64,000 nt of DNA, from contig JAUFOQ010000003.1 of NCBI GenBank assembly GCA_040285855.1, positions 806,001 to 870,000 of the forward strand. The letters are read 5' to 3'. The DNA comes from Eukaryota sp. GEM-RC1. Its lineage: Eukaryota. Positions 1 to 11,991 of the stretch are shown here, one piece after another. The notes under the pieces are model-generated. The model was not told the origin of the DNA, ran no database searches, and saw only the letters and a program-made list of their open reading frames with translations. The translations under genes and the position numbers were made by a program. Position 1 is the first letter of the stretch; every line of letters begins with the position of its first letter.

Positions 1-1
1 G

Positions 2-2889
2 ATTGAACCTCATCCTGATTTCCACACCTTCAACTGCCACACTTCCTCTCTCATTGAAGGAGATTCTAACGGTCCTCCAGCTGTTGGTGGTACCATTTGT
101 CGCTCATCCCTTGATAGAACGTCTGAACCCACTCACTATCCCCTTTCCACTAAAGGAATCACTGGGAAGAAGCAGTTAATAACTGTTATCGACTCTGGCT
201 TGGATACCAATCACTGTTTCTTCAAAGATTCTTCCCCAGTTGTTTCTGGATCTCTCCGTTCATCTCTTTCCAAAGCAAGGAGCTCTACCCATAGAAAAGT
301 CCTCTTCTACGACAATGAATTCGGTGATGGTAATGATTCTAGTGGTCATGGTACTCACGTAGCTGGTACTGCAGCTGGATCTACTCATGATGCTAACTCT
401 GCTTTCCAATCTTCTTCTGGAGTTGCTCCTGGTGCTAAGTTAATTATCATCGACGCAGGTAAAGGTTCAGGATCTGGACTATCAATCCCCCGAGACATCG
501 TCAATAGATGGCTTGTCCCCTCATACTCCCTTGGATCTCGCATCTTCTCGAACTCCTGGGGTTCTACCTCACGTACTTCTCCTTACACTTCTGATGCTGC
601 CACCTGGGACTCATTTGTAGTATCTAACCCTGAAGCTCTTGTACTATTCGCTGCTGGTAACTCTGGCCAAAGTGGTACTAGGACTATTGGTTCTCCTGCT
701 ACAGCTAAGAATGCCTTGGCAGTGGGAGCGTCGTTGAACTCTAATAATGGGATTAGAGGTGCATGTGCTTTTAATTCAGCGTATTGTAGAGGTTTTGGGT
801 TAACTACTGAATCGTCTAATAACAATCAGAATGTCGTGTCCTTCTTTAGTTCACGTGGACCTACTGATTATGGATCAATCAAACCTGATTTAGTTGCACC
901 TGGATTACCAATCGCTTCTGCTCGTTCTGGTACCAGCTGCTCCCTCACATTAATGGCTGGCACTTCCATGGCCACTCCTGCAGTAGCTGGAGCAGCCGCT
1001 TTGTTGAGGGAAGTTCTACTTGATCAAGGAATCAACCCAAGGGCTTCTTTAATGAGGTCGTTGTTAGTTGGACTAGCTGTACCATTGGAAAGTGTTGGTG
1101 GGAAAGTTAATTGGAATAGTCGAATGTTTCCTATTGATGAGTCACCATCAACTATTCAAGGATTTGGTAGAGTTACTCTAAAGAATGTGTATTCATCGTT
1201 AGTATTGGTTAATGAAGATACCACGTTGACCAAGTCCAACCCAATGTCTTCTCATTGTTTTAAAGCTAAGTCTCGTGGGAGAGTTGCTGTCACGTTGGCT
1301 TGGAACGATCCACCTTCCTTTCCTGGTTGTAAGAGCTGTATTGTTAATCAATTGAGCTTGGAGGTCGTTGATGGATCGGGTAACGTCATTTCTAGTCAAG
1401 GCTTGCCTTTTCAGTTTGGTACAGTCAATCGAATCGTCATCCCGTCTGCTAATGGAAACTATCGCGTCATCGTTAGAGGACAGTCTCTTTCTACCACCCA
1501 AACTTTCTCTCTTTCAGTTGTTGGTAATGTTGATTCACTTGCATGCCCCTCAGCTTCCCTCTGTCCCAGCAATTGTAACAACAAAGGTACTTGCTCTAAT
1601 GGAGCTTGTCAATGTTCTTCTCCAAGCTTGAATCATTTTGACTGTAGTTCTGCGTGTAAAAATGATTGTTCCAACCGTGGTAACTGTGCTAAAGGATCTT
1701 GTGTATGCGAGTTTCCTTATTTGGGTGACAATTGCTCTAAGTTTCACTCTTTAGGAGACTCAGTGGCTAGAATAGGATCTTCTGATGAAGTAGTTTTCAA
1801 GCTTCAAGAAGGTTTGGGTAAGTATAAAGCAGGAGTTGATAATACCTGGCACTTCATCCGCCAAAATATCCCTGAATTATCTCTCAAAATTTCAAATATT
1901 CAATTAGGTTCAGGTGATTCCGTCGTCGTCTATACTGAAAAGGCTGGAGCTCTGTCACTTGTAGAACGTATTCAAAAGGAAGTACCCACGAATTTAAAAC
2001 TAGAGACAACTTCTACGTGACTTTTCAATCAGATCCTGTCAATGAAGGGAAAGGGTTTTCTTTGAAGGCATTCGACCCGAGTACACATCCTATTCCAGGC
2101 ACGTCATGCGACCCTGAAACCACTTTTGATGATGATTTTGGATCTTTTTCTGCAGTAACTCCAGCAGATTGCCAATGGAAAATCAACAACAATCACGACA
2201 AAGTTGTTGAGCTCAATTTTAATGACGTTATCCTAGCTAATGGTGATTCTGTTGATATCTACTGGACCTTCCGTAACCGACCGCTTCTTTTACACCGAAT
2301 CTCTAAATCTATCACATCTCATTCCCTTCATTCTCTTTATCCTTTGATAGTAGAGTTTAATGGTAAGAGTTCAGGGTCGAGCTTCTCCTCTGATTATGTT
2401 CGTCATGATCGTTCCTCGTGTCCTCCTTATTTGCCTAGAAATCTTTGCAGGGGGTTTTTAACTGCCAAGTCTGCAGTCTACTCGTCTAAAAGAAATCTAT
2501 TGACTATCACGTTAGATGGCGTGATAACTCCGTCCAAAGCACTAGTTAATTGTTCTGAAATTGTTGATGTTTTCGCTACACCTGATCGATGTTTTGTTGA
2601 TAGAAACACCATTCTGGTTCATTTTTCCGACGACTTCTCTCTTACTTTAACAGAACATGGGTCTACTGTTCTCTTAGTAGATGGTGAGTTAGCCACCTTT
2701 ACAGTATCTGAGTTAGAAGTAGAAGACGAGATTGTTGTGTGGACTGTAGCTTTGTTTATTGGTATGGTAGTCTTTGTAATTGTTCTGAGTGTTGGTTATT
2801 TAATGTTCTACTTTGGTAAGAAAGATAGTAATGATGCAGATGTTGTTGGAGTTGTTGGGTCACGTGATGGAGTTGTAGAAACTGTTTAA
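2..2889 (+). CDS. Subtilisin-like S8 serine protease with EGF-like repeats, CUB-like domains and C-terminal TM helix (5' part outside window)
   Basis: Frame open from nt 2. Catalytic triad motifs TVIDSGLD, GHGTHVAG and GTSMATP; oxyanion AAGN; Cys-rich CxNxGxC EGF repeats; hydrophobic C-terminal segment. ORFs 200-2020 and 2017-2889 join if one A is restored in caaaagg near 1973, giving ...KGSTHEFKTRDNFYVTFQSD. Confidence 0.9.
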
Positions 2890-3164
2890 GCTCAATGTTT
2901 GTATTGTTTTTTAGTAATACTCATAAATGTGCTTTACTTTAAATGAAAGAATCAACACTAAACGATGCCTTTAGTTTTGCTGGTCTATTAAATTTATAAA
3001 TATGTTGCTATGAAAATAAAGTAGAGCAGAAATACTTACTTCACCAGATGAAATTCTGATTTTCTTTTAGTAACCTGATTCTTATCATGTCAGTTTAGAA
3101 TCGACCATCATATTTGACAGAACCATGTAGGCAAGATGGCTTAAAAAAAGATTGAACTTTTAAC

Positions 3165-3906
3165 TACAATGTACATCTATCTGATGAAGCTTGGATGATC
3201 AATATGCGTCTTCGTTTGGCTATTTGACCTGCAAATTTATCAAACTGTTCAACTTGCTCATGAGGTGCTAATGGTGTTTTTCGTCATTTAATTAGATGTC
3301 GTTATTTTATTCATCTACGTGCAGTAATTCATGATAGTGTACGTGAATCTTGTTATTCCATGTTTAAAGCACATGGTTTTCACTCTAAAGTTTAACAGTT
3401 TTGATTCACCTCTCAGAAAATGATTATACTGATCAAAAAGAAGGGATCTCCATAGTCCGTGGCTTTAATCGAGTCAATCAGTACTAGTAATGGATTTTAC
3501 TACAGTAGATGTTTGTAACAAATCTTGTGTTAGTAGGATATTAGATTCTTCTTTAAATCCGTTAACAGCTGCTGAAAAGCTCAAACACTCCAAGTATGAC
3601 TCTCAAGTAGAAGAATTAGTTCGAAACTCATATTTCAAATTTGTGTCTCAACCTTTTGCTGTTTCTCTTTCTGGTTCTATTAGTCCTGCTGTTGATCAAT
3701 TTTTCAAGGATTTCGAAGAACTGTGTAAAGAAAAGAAGCGTAAGTTTAGAATGGCTGAATGGAAAAACCGTATAGTGTTTTCCATATATCGGAATATGCT
3801 TTTCTATTTTTCTCGATTAATTGAGAAATTGTACAAGTTTGGTGTGAAGGTTAATGGTGAAAAACGTAATCTTTTACCGGGTGGTGATGAAGTCGTTTGG
3901 ATTTAA
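3165..3906 (+). mobile_element. Degenerate 3' fragment of an RLE-type (CRE-like) non-LTR retrotransposon
   Basis: MRLRL...CxC...H..C zinc-knuckle region, DFTTVD, AEKxKxxKY and PFAVS motifs; internal stops and frameshifts; homologous to 41471-42268. Confidence 0.7.
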
Positions 3907-3939
3907 TCTTAGTATTACCTGTTTGTTTTTGCAATTTCA

Positions 3940-4248
3940 ATTTCATAGTTTTGTAGGAAAGTTACGTTATTGGGTACCGAAAAGAGGTTGATTCAATGTA
4001 CATGTAAGTTCTTCGATGATTTTACAAAGGTTGTTGCTCATAGAACTAACAGAATTGTTGACCGCTCTTTTCAACAGAACAGAATTGTCTTTACAATTAT
4101 AAAAGCAGTTCGCACAATGATATCGAAAGCTTTATTATTCGTCAATGTGCATTATGAAGACAAAGCTTCAACAAGGTTCGATTCTAAGGAATCTTGCTTT
4201 GATGACATTGAGGACATTGATCTATTCAATAGTCTGGACTTAAATTAG
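3940..4248 (+). mobile_element. Short C-terminal remnant of a second RLE-type retroelement
   Basis: FFDDF...NRIVFTI parallels the FFKDF...NRIVFSI tail of the adjacent fragment. Confidence 0.45.
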
Positions 4249-4548
4249 TCTGGTCCAGACTAAATACATGACTATGAATACTGAAGTTGTACAAATTTTT
4301 TTACTCTACAGTAGGATGGAAGTTCCTACAAAATTTTTCCCTAACCCATTTCAACCAGCTTAGTTAATTGAAATATAGTTCTTTCTTCTTTTCCTATCAA
4401 TTATTTATCATTGATAAATAGTGGTAGATCACACTAATTTATTTTCAGCAATTTATGACAGAAAATATATTGCAATATATTTTTGGACATCACTGGTCAG
4501 AAACAAAAACTGAATTTCTTCCAAACTATTTTCTGAACAACAGACTTA

Positions 4549-5123
4549 ATGCTTGACTACTCTTCCCTAACTTATTGGGATAACCGCTATCGAAATGACC
4601 CATCCCAGTTTGACTGGATCTGTGACCTTTCTCCTCTAACTGAACTTTTTGAGAAACATTTACCAAAGAACTGTCCTCTATTAGATGTTGGATGTGGAAC
4701 TTCACGTGTCCCTCTTCAATTTGCTAAACAGGGTTACTCTGTTACAGCTATTGATTTTTCTCTTCCTTGCATAGACTCCGTTTCAACACTGTACCGCCAC
4801 TCTAACCTGAATTACATTCACACTGACATATTTACTTTCGAGCCAATTGAACAAATGAGTGTTGTTTTCGATAAGTGTCTAATTGATTCGGTTTCTTGTT
4901 CCTTTGATAAGACACAAACATCCTCCCTTATTGATGTTATCCATAGTCTGTTGATTCCTAGTGGTGTATTTGTTTCTGTTAGCTTTGTTCCTTCACATGA
5001 GCGCTCTTCTCTTTTGATACTTCTAAGTGGGAACATCTTGATACAATTGAGATCCCAAAGGATCGAAAAATTGAAGAAGGTGAGTTTTATTGTTCAATAT
5101 ATAAGAAAATACAAGAAACGTAG
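4549..5123 (+). CDS. Class I SAM-dependent methyltransferase (METTL13-N/EEF1AKMT4-like)
   Basis: YWDNRY, FDW, LDVGCGTS, IDFS and VFDKCLID motifs. Restoring one T in ctcttttg near 5010 gives a natural C-terminus (...FYCSIYKKIQET*) ending at 5123. Confidence 0.8.
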
Positions 5124-5243
5124 AAGCTATGTTTCGGCCAATCACAACAATAAAATGTATATTACAATGTTGATAAGGAAGGGAATGATGTACATGAAAA
5201 GCAGGGTAGTTGAGGAAAGAAGAATTAATGACCTTAGAAGAAG

Positions 5244-5573
5244 CTAAACAAAGAGCTGCTCTATACTGCTCTGTAGTAGAGGAATATTCAAACCAGTGAA
5301 GTCGCTCACTAGAGACCCTTTATGGAAGAGGAAGAATCGGGGAGCAGCCCCCACAGGACCTAATTTAGAAGCTGCAGATGCTTCAATAAGACCAAATACA
5401 ACGCCATTAGATAAGTACTGAGCCTTCCATCTGCGTGCAGTACTGACAAGAGCTTGGCAACGATCCCAAGTACTGCTATAAACTTCAACAAAACAAATGT
5501 TGTGGTTTGCTATGAACTGGTCTAAAGATGATTCATCATTGAGTTGTTCGAAAGGCTCGTTTTTCTTAGACAT
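5244..5573 (-). CDS. Thioredoxin-fold protein with degenerate active site (WDRC)
   Basis: 109 aa; [12 protein letters not shown]-x-F-x-F and G-x-N-x-P-x-L match the Trx fold; only one Cys remains in the CxxC position. Confidence 0.7.
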   Translation of the reverse strand: MSKKNEPFEQLNDESSLDQFIANHNICFVEVYSSTWDRCQALVSTARRWKAQYLSNGVVFGLIEASAASKLGPVGAAPRFFLFHKGSLVSDFTGLNIPLLQSSIEQLFV

Positions 5574-5641
5574 TAACTATCAGTAAGCTTAAGATTGTGC
5601 CAAATACTGTAAGTGGGTCGAATTTCTCCGTTTCTCTCCAA

Positions 5642-7142
5642 ATGCTTAGCACCCTTTCTGGAAGAAACTCCTCGTTGGCTGCCTCTTTTATTGGTGCCTT
5701 CACTGCTCCTAAAAAGCAATCTACTTCTCCTGGATTGATGCACACTGATCCTCATTTATATACTTTGATCAAGAATGAAGAAGAACGCCAACGCAGTGGA
5801 CTTGAACTTATTGCGTCTGAAAACTTTACCTCTAAGTCAGTCATGGAATGTCTGGGATCGTGCTTAACAAACAAGTATTCCGAAGGTTATCCCGGACAGA
5901 GATACTACGGAGGCAATGAAAACATCGATAAGATCGAACGCCTTTGTCAAGATCGCGCCCTTGCTGCCTTTTCCTTAGATCCTAAAGAATGGGGAGTCAA
6001 TGTTCAGCCTCTCAGTGGCAGTCCCGCCAACTTTGCCGCATACACTGCTGTTCTTCAACCCCATGACCGTATTATGGGTCTGGACTTACCTCATGGAGGC
6101 CATCTCACACATGGATTTATGACAGCTAAGAAGAGAGTTTCTGCCACATCCGTCTACTTTGAATCTATGCCATATCGCTTGGACGAATCCACAGGACTTA
6201 TTGATTACGATCAATTAGCAAAGAACGCTGAACTCTTCAAGCCCAAGATCATCATTGCTGGAGCTAGTGCTTATCCAAGACATATCGATTACAAGAGAAT
6301 GCGTCAAATAGCTGATTCTGTTGGTGCCTATCTATTATCTGACATGGCTCATATCTCAGGCCTTGTTGCTGCTGGTGTTTGTAACAATCCTTTTGAACAT
6401 AGTGATATTGTTGTAACAACTACCCACAAAACTCTTAGGTTTGGAGATCTTCTTTTAATAACCACAGAGGACCTCGAAGTGGATTGATATTCTATCGTAG
6501 AGGCGTTCGTAGTGTAACACCAAAAGGAGTTGAAGTCAAGTATGATTTGGAGTCGAAGATTAATGCTGCAGTATTCCCAGGTCTTCAAGGTTTGGTCAAT
6601 GTCATTTTCTTATCATAGGTGGACCTCACAATCATCAAATCGCAGGTGTTGCTACGTGTTTAAAGGAAGCAATGTCTCCTGATTATAAGGAATATCAAAA
6701 ACAGGTGATTCAAAACGCCAAGGCTTTGGGTGAACAGCTTCAAGGACATGGTCACAAGCTTGTAAGTGGAGGAACTGATACTCATCTTTTGTTGGTAGAC
6801 TTGAAACCAGTTGGTGTAGATGGTGCAAGAGCTGAAAAGACATTGGAAGCCGCTTCCATTACTGTTAACAAAAACTCTGTTCCTGGTGATACTTCAGCCC
6901 TATTCCCAGGTGGAATTAGATTAGGAGCTCCTGCTTTGACTACCAGAGGCTTCAAGGAACATGACTTCCAGGCTGTGGGAGATTTCTTACACCGAGGTAT
7001 TCTGATTGCAAGAGACGTTAAGAAGACTGCTGGTCCAAAAATGAAAGATTTTGAAAAATCTATTAAGGGTAATTCTCAAGTTGCTTCTCTCAAGTCTGAA
7101 GTTATGAATTATGCCCGTAAGTTCCCCATCCCCGGAGTTTAG
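5642..7142 (+). CDS. SHMT: Serine hydroxymethyltransferase; exons 5642-6438, 6468-6589, 6619-7142
   Basis: [18 protein letters not shown] and [14 protein letters not shown]-lysine motifs. Removing two 29-nt GTTTGG..AG introns restores KTLRGPRSG and FPGLQGGPH. Confidence 0.97.
6439..6467 (+). other. 29-nt spliceosomal intron (SHMT intron 1)
   Basis: gtttggagatcttcttttaataaccacag; removal restores conserved LRGPR. Confidence 0.93.
6590..6618 (+). other. 29-nt spliceosomal intron (SHMT intron 2)
   Basis: gtttggtcaatgtcattttcttatcatag; removal restores conserved QGGPHNH. Confidence 0.93.
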
Positions 7143-8202
7143 ATTGTTTATTTTCTATTTGTATTATTGTCCACTCGTAGATATATATTTTTTACCAGTC
7201 GATGCTGTCGTCCGTCATGTATTGTTTTCCTACCAACTACATCATATATTGATTTGGACTTCATTTGAGGATATCATTCTTGAAAACAGCATGGCCAATT
7301 TCCTAGTCCTGGACTTTAAGAAATCACAATATCATGTCATTTGAGTGAAGAAAGATTGTGAGAACTCATAGCACTTCTGTTTCCAGTCAATTCCAAATCT
7401 AAAAAACGACTGAATGTTTCAATGTTATGTTTGCAGTTGCCCTGGACAGCAAAACTCTGAGTATTATCACTCTCACAGTGGAGTGTACAGACTCTGTACT
7501 ACAGAGTCTATAGAGTCAAAATCTAGATGATATATTAATTGAACTGATCTTTTGTGGAAATTAGACTCAAAAAACTAAAAGAGGACACTCTAACACAAGA
7601 TATGTCAAATAAGTGTGTTTGAATGTTATCAGTAATACCAGTTAATCAGCCCTGACCAAGTCGACATTGTTGCTGCTACGCTAAATTGTGGTCAGTCTAA
7701 TGTATGTACAAATGATACTGATAAAACTGAGCACAGTCAAAAATTCTGATTGGATTGTTATACGATTTCTAATTGGCGCTTCGACCAAAATGCCAATTCA
7801 CACAAAATTGAAATTTATATTAATATCACGCTTTCATATAATGCATACATCGAGCTTAACTTCGACTCTTAATAACAACACATCCAACATAATCACTAAA
7901 GAGGGCAACATTTAGGCATCTATCCAAATTCTGCGAAATAATGTACAACTGTATGAAACTGAATCACAGAGTAGATGACCACTGCTAATTAAACAAGTCC
8001 AGTGTCTACTGTTTCATAGAAAGTTATTTGCTTATGATATATGTGTGCAGATATGTTTCAATCAAGTTCAACCAAATGGTTGTCGAATTGGGAATTCTAG
8101 GATTATTATTACATTAAAGCTCAAAAAGACTGTATGAATTATTGCATGTTACTTACAATAATCAAACGTATTAGAACCTATCAAAGGTTCCAGTAACCAA
8201 TA

Positions 8203-8703
8203 TTACTCAAGCTGTAACGACTGCCGCACGCACATCTGGGCTTGACGTCTGTATTCATTAGGGTTTTTCCTGTACAACACCGCTGCGTCCACATTGGCCG
8301 GACTTTCCCAACCAGGATCACTAAGCAGTGATAGAAGAGACAGTAGGATAGACGCGACATTACTAGCGGGTGACCAAAGCTCTGTCTCTTTTTCGTAGCC
8401 TGAAACATCAGGAGTGGTATGAAGGATGGACATACACACTTCTTGAGTGTTAGGATAAACATTTGGATGGATTATGGGGGATGTGAAACGAAGTTTTGGG
8501 GGTTTTAGTGGATAGTCCTTAGGGAACTCCATGATACCAGTAAAATAACCATTCTCATACATGCTTCCTTGTGGACCTAAGAGAGCAAATTGCCAAATAA
8601 AAACATTAGTTTCATCAAGAAGACCAGCTGAGATGTTTTCGGGAGGACTCATGGTCATCTGTTGGTACTCTCGCATAAGTCTATTTTGAGCTGAAAGAAA
8701 CAT
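8203..8703 (-). CDS. Ubiquitin-conjugating enzyme E2, Ubc7/UBE2G-CDC34 type
   Basis: FPKDYPLKPP, HPNVY..VCMSIL active-site Cys, acidic loop insertion, ESPANVDAA; first ATG at 8703. Confidence 0.92.
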   Translation of the reverse strand: MFLSAQNRLMREYQQMTMSPPENISAGLLDETNVFIWQFALLGPQGSMYENGYFTGIMEFPKDYPLKPPKLRFTSPIIHPNVYPNTQEVCMSILHTTPDVSGYEKETELWSPASNVASILLSLLSLLSDPGWESPANVDAAVLYRKNPNEYRRQAQMCVRQSLQLE

Positions 8704-8773
8704 ATGAAGGATGGTGCTTGAGGTATTAGTACACTGCAAAAAAGTAATCAACTGAACCAAAGTCTCAATTCCA

Positions 8774-11464
8774 ATGTCTTACTCGTCATCCGACGAAGAT
8801 GACTATGCTCCCGCATCATTTGTTCTATCTGGAGCACCTCGTGAAGCTCTTCGTCAGGATATTCTTGAACAACTTGAATCCACAAAATCTCTTCTTAAGG
8901 AGAAACAAAACGAACTCAACATTGCTAAAACCAACAAAGACGACCTAGCTGTTCAACTTTACTCCCGTCAACGTGAATTGGGAATCACTCAAACAAAACT
9001 GGATGACATCTCCTACAAAATTGAAGATCTTCAACAACGAAGAACAGAACACGAAGCTCTACGCGATTCAGCTAAGAAAACAGTAGACGAAACTCAAAAC
9101 GACGTATCTGAAATCAACTCCAACATCTCCAAGCTCCAAACAGAACTCAATCGCCTCCACGACGCCCTAAGACTTGCCTCCCAATTCGAAGATGCAGAAG
9201 TAGACCACATTGAGCTTCTACGTAGAGCTACTCACAAAGGAGAGGAGGAGCTCATTCAATTGGAGAAAATGAAGCAAGCCCAAGACCTCAGACTCAAGGA
9301 CTATAGCAGGAAGCTCCAGCAACAGGAGGAAACTCTTGCCATTCTTACATCTAAGATTGCCGCTCAAGAAGATGAAGTAGAGTTGGCGAGGTCTGTATTA
9401 AAAGACGCTTCTAATCAGATTGATCAAATTCAGTCTGACAAGAAGCATATCCTAACTCAATGGCAGAGCACTCTAATAGGCATGCAACAGAGAGATGGGG
9501 TTTTGAGTCAAGTGAAGATTGATATTTCTGATGAGGAACAGAAGTTGATCTCTTGTAAGGCTGAGCTAGCGTCTGTTAATCAGAGTATTGTTAAGAGTCA
9601 GGAAGAATCTGAACGACTTTCGTTTAATCTTAAGAAGTCTAGAGCGGAGTTGACGTCATTGGAATCAAAATTGGAAAAAATTAAAAATGATGAAGATCGT
9701 ATTGCCTTGGAATATTCTAAAATTAAGACTTTGTTGGGAAATGTTGAAGATGAAAGTGCTGACCAGAAAAAGATATTTAAAAATTTGACAAAAGAAAAGG
9801 ATGATTTGTTAAGAACGAAAAGAATCACAGAGGATAGTATTGTAAAGCTCAGACAGCATTTGAGTGATCTCTATTCTGAAGGATTGACTGTTGATCGATC
9901 ACGTCATCATTTGAAGGATGATATTGAAAAAATTCAAACTGAAATTTTAAAAATTGAGAAGGAATACGTAAATCAAGAAAATGAAAAGTATCGAATTGAA
10001 CTCGATATTGAAAACGTCAGCTTTAACGTAGCCTCTATCAATCAAGAACGCAACGGGAAACTGAAAGAGCTCAACGACCTGGAAGAAGTAATCAAGGATT
10101 TGGAAGTTGAAATCAGAAGACGTCATGACAACATCGCTAAGAAGCAAGGTCAACTACAAGCTTTAAACAAGAAGTACGAGAACTTTGTGTCCAAAAGTCA
10201 AGATGAGAATTACGGTGAGCTTGAAGCTAAAATTGTTAATCTAAACAGAGAAATTCGAAAAGGTGAAGAAACTTGTTCTGAATTGGAAGGTCTTTGGCTT
10301 GGAAAACAAACCGAACTTGTTGATAGAAAGACTCATGAAGATAAGATCGCTCTTTCTTTGAGGAATGCTTCAGCAAAGTCGTTGATTTTGAGACAACGTC
10401 AGATGAGGATCAATGCTCACGTCAGCAGTCTTCAGAAGTCCTTACAAAGTCTCGAGCGGTCAATGGACTCAATGCATCGAACCATGACACGTGTTAATCA
10501 TTTTACTGCTAGATTGGAACAAAATCAAAATGAATTAGTTGATATGATCTTTAATACCGAAACAGATTTCTCAGAACGTCTTAAAGAGCTAGAAGAACAA
10601 TCATTGACTTTGGAGGACCAAATTGCCAAATCAAGATCTCAAAAATCAACTCTAATCAACGATATTCCGGAAGCGGAAAGACAAATCCAACTATTTGAGC
10701 GTATGATTCAACTTCAAAGGGAAATGGAAGCCACTCTAGACCCCCAGGCTGATGAAGGAGTTATCAAAACTATGGAGCAGGAGATTCAACGAATGAAACT
10801 TCGATTGAAAGAGCTCAAACGACGACAAAAAGAGTTGACTGATCATATGGTGAAAACTGTGCAAAAGAGGAAGTATATCAGATTGAAGGCTCAAGCTACA
10901 GTTAATAATGGAAAACAAAGTACTACGGGGCTGTCGTCAACAGAGAGCTCCAAAATAGCCAAGTTTAGGCGGCAAATGCAGTTTAGTGATGAGCAGGTAT
11001 CGTCGTTGTCTATTGATATATCAGATTTGCGTGATTCTGAGAATCAGCTATCACATTTGATTGAAAATATTGATAGCGAGTGTAAACAATTGACTGAGAC
11101 GATTAATCAATTAGAAATTGAGCTGTTTAATGGTCGTGATTTAAAGGAACAGTTGGTTTTACGGACGAGTAAGCTTCAAGCAATTGTACGTGCTTACATG
11201 CCGTCCTCTCAAAGTAGCAGTCGACTCTCATCACGTTCCCGTCCTTCCTCTTCTGCGTCTAGACCCACGTCAGCAATGTCTGTGAGCTCTACTGTTTCTC
11301 AGGGAAGTGGAAAGTTGGAACAAATTGTGGAGGATACTCGCAAACTTGGAAACTTGCTTAATCAGTTGATTGATGATCATCAGTTAAATGATGATGCTTT
11401 TGAGAGGGTCAAAAGGCTGAGGAATATCGCGTTATCAGCCCAGAATTTGTTGGCGCAAAATTAA
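8774..11464 (+). CDS. CCDC40: Axonemal coiled-coil ruler protein CCDC40/FAP172
   Basis: 896-aa coiled coil with family-like motifs LAVQLY, QWQSTLIGMQQRD, WLGKQTELV and EIQRMKLRLKEL. Confidence 0.8.
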   Translation: MSYSSSDEDDYAPASFVLSGAPREALRQDILEQLESTKSLLKEKQNELNIAKTNKDDLAVQLYSRQRELGITQTKLDDISYKIEDLQQRRTEHEALRDSAKKTVDETQNDVSEINSNISKLQTELNRLHDALRLASQFEDAEVDHIELLRRATHKGEEELIQLEKMKQAQDLRLKDYSRKLQQQEETLAILTSKIAAQEDEVELARSVLKDASNQIDQIQSDKKHILTQWQSTLIGMQQRDGVLSQVKIDISDEEQKLISCKAELASVNQSIVKSQEESERLSFNLKKSRAELTSLESKLEKIKNDEDRIALEYSKIKTLLGNVEDESADQKKIFKNLTKEKDDLLRTKRITEDSIVKLRQHLSDLYSEGLTVDRSRHHLKDDIEKIQTEILKIEKEYVNQENEKYRIELDIENVSFNVASINQERNGKLKELNDLEEVIKDLEVEIRRRHDNIAKKQGQLQALNKKYENFVSKSQDENYGELEAKIVNLNREIRKGEETCSELEGLWLGKQTELVDRKTHEDKIALSLRNASAKSLILRQRQMRINAHVSSLQKSLQSLERSMDSMHRTMTRVNHFTARLEQNQNELVDMIFNTETDFSERLKELEEQSLTLEDQIAKSRSQKSTLINDIPEAERQIQLFERMIQLQREMEATLDPQADEGVIKTMEQEIQRMKLRLKELKRRQKELTDHMVKTVQKRKYIRLKAQATVNNGKQSTTGLSSTESSKIAKFRRQMQFSDEQVSSLSIDISDLRDSENQLSHLIENIDSECKQLTETINQLEIELFNGRDLKEQLVLRTSKLQAIVRAYMPSSQSSSRLSSRSRPSSSASRPTSAMSVSSTVSQGSGKLEQIVEDTRKLGNLLNQLIDDHQLNDDAFERVKRLRNIALSAQNLLAQN

Positions 11465-11991
11465 GCTGTATTATATTTTCTTTTTTAATTTTGTGTGTTT
11501 ATTCAGGCCATTATGTCGTTTATTTAATTTTAATTTTTGACTTTTCAAGGCCAATTCATTTAGATTAAGGTAGTCACACATTGTATTTTGTTGTTTTCAA
11601 TTTGGGTAATTTGGAATTCTCTGATTTGAGCATATTGTTTAATAAATCTTCATCACTTTGTACTTTCGGTGATTGGACAAACAACAAACAAACATCTGTA
11701 TTTTTCTGGAACATTCTTGAGAGTCCAAGTATTCACTTCTTGTAAGTCAACAATCCAATAGTGATGTCATTTATTGAAAATGTATTCTAGATAGACACCA
11801 GTGCTATTGGTCTGATCCATGAAATTTATATTAAGCGAAATCTACCTAAACAAGTCAAAACCAATTCCAGTGCAATTGGAAAGTAGTGATACCGAAATTG
11901 GTAGAACAAATCTAGTTGATTGCTTCACGCAATAGTCCGTCTTACTGACAACATAAATTCAGTGGCAAATTTTTCAAATTATTAAAAAAAA

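Noticed and set aside
3220..3265. In-frame TGA at Trp/Cys-equivalent positions, with cellular genes here ending only in TAA/TAG, suggesting TGA reassignment
   Set aside because: The TGAs occur only in decayed TE fragments; long intact genes have no in-frame TGA and use TGG for Trp.
5079..5105. Possible GTGAGT intron in the methyltransferase
   Set aside because: A single T restoration upstream gives a sensible continuous C-terminus without splicing.
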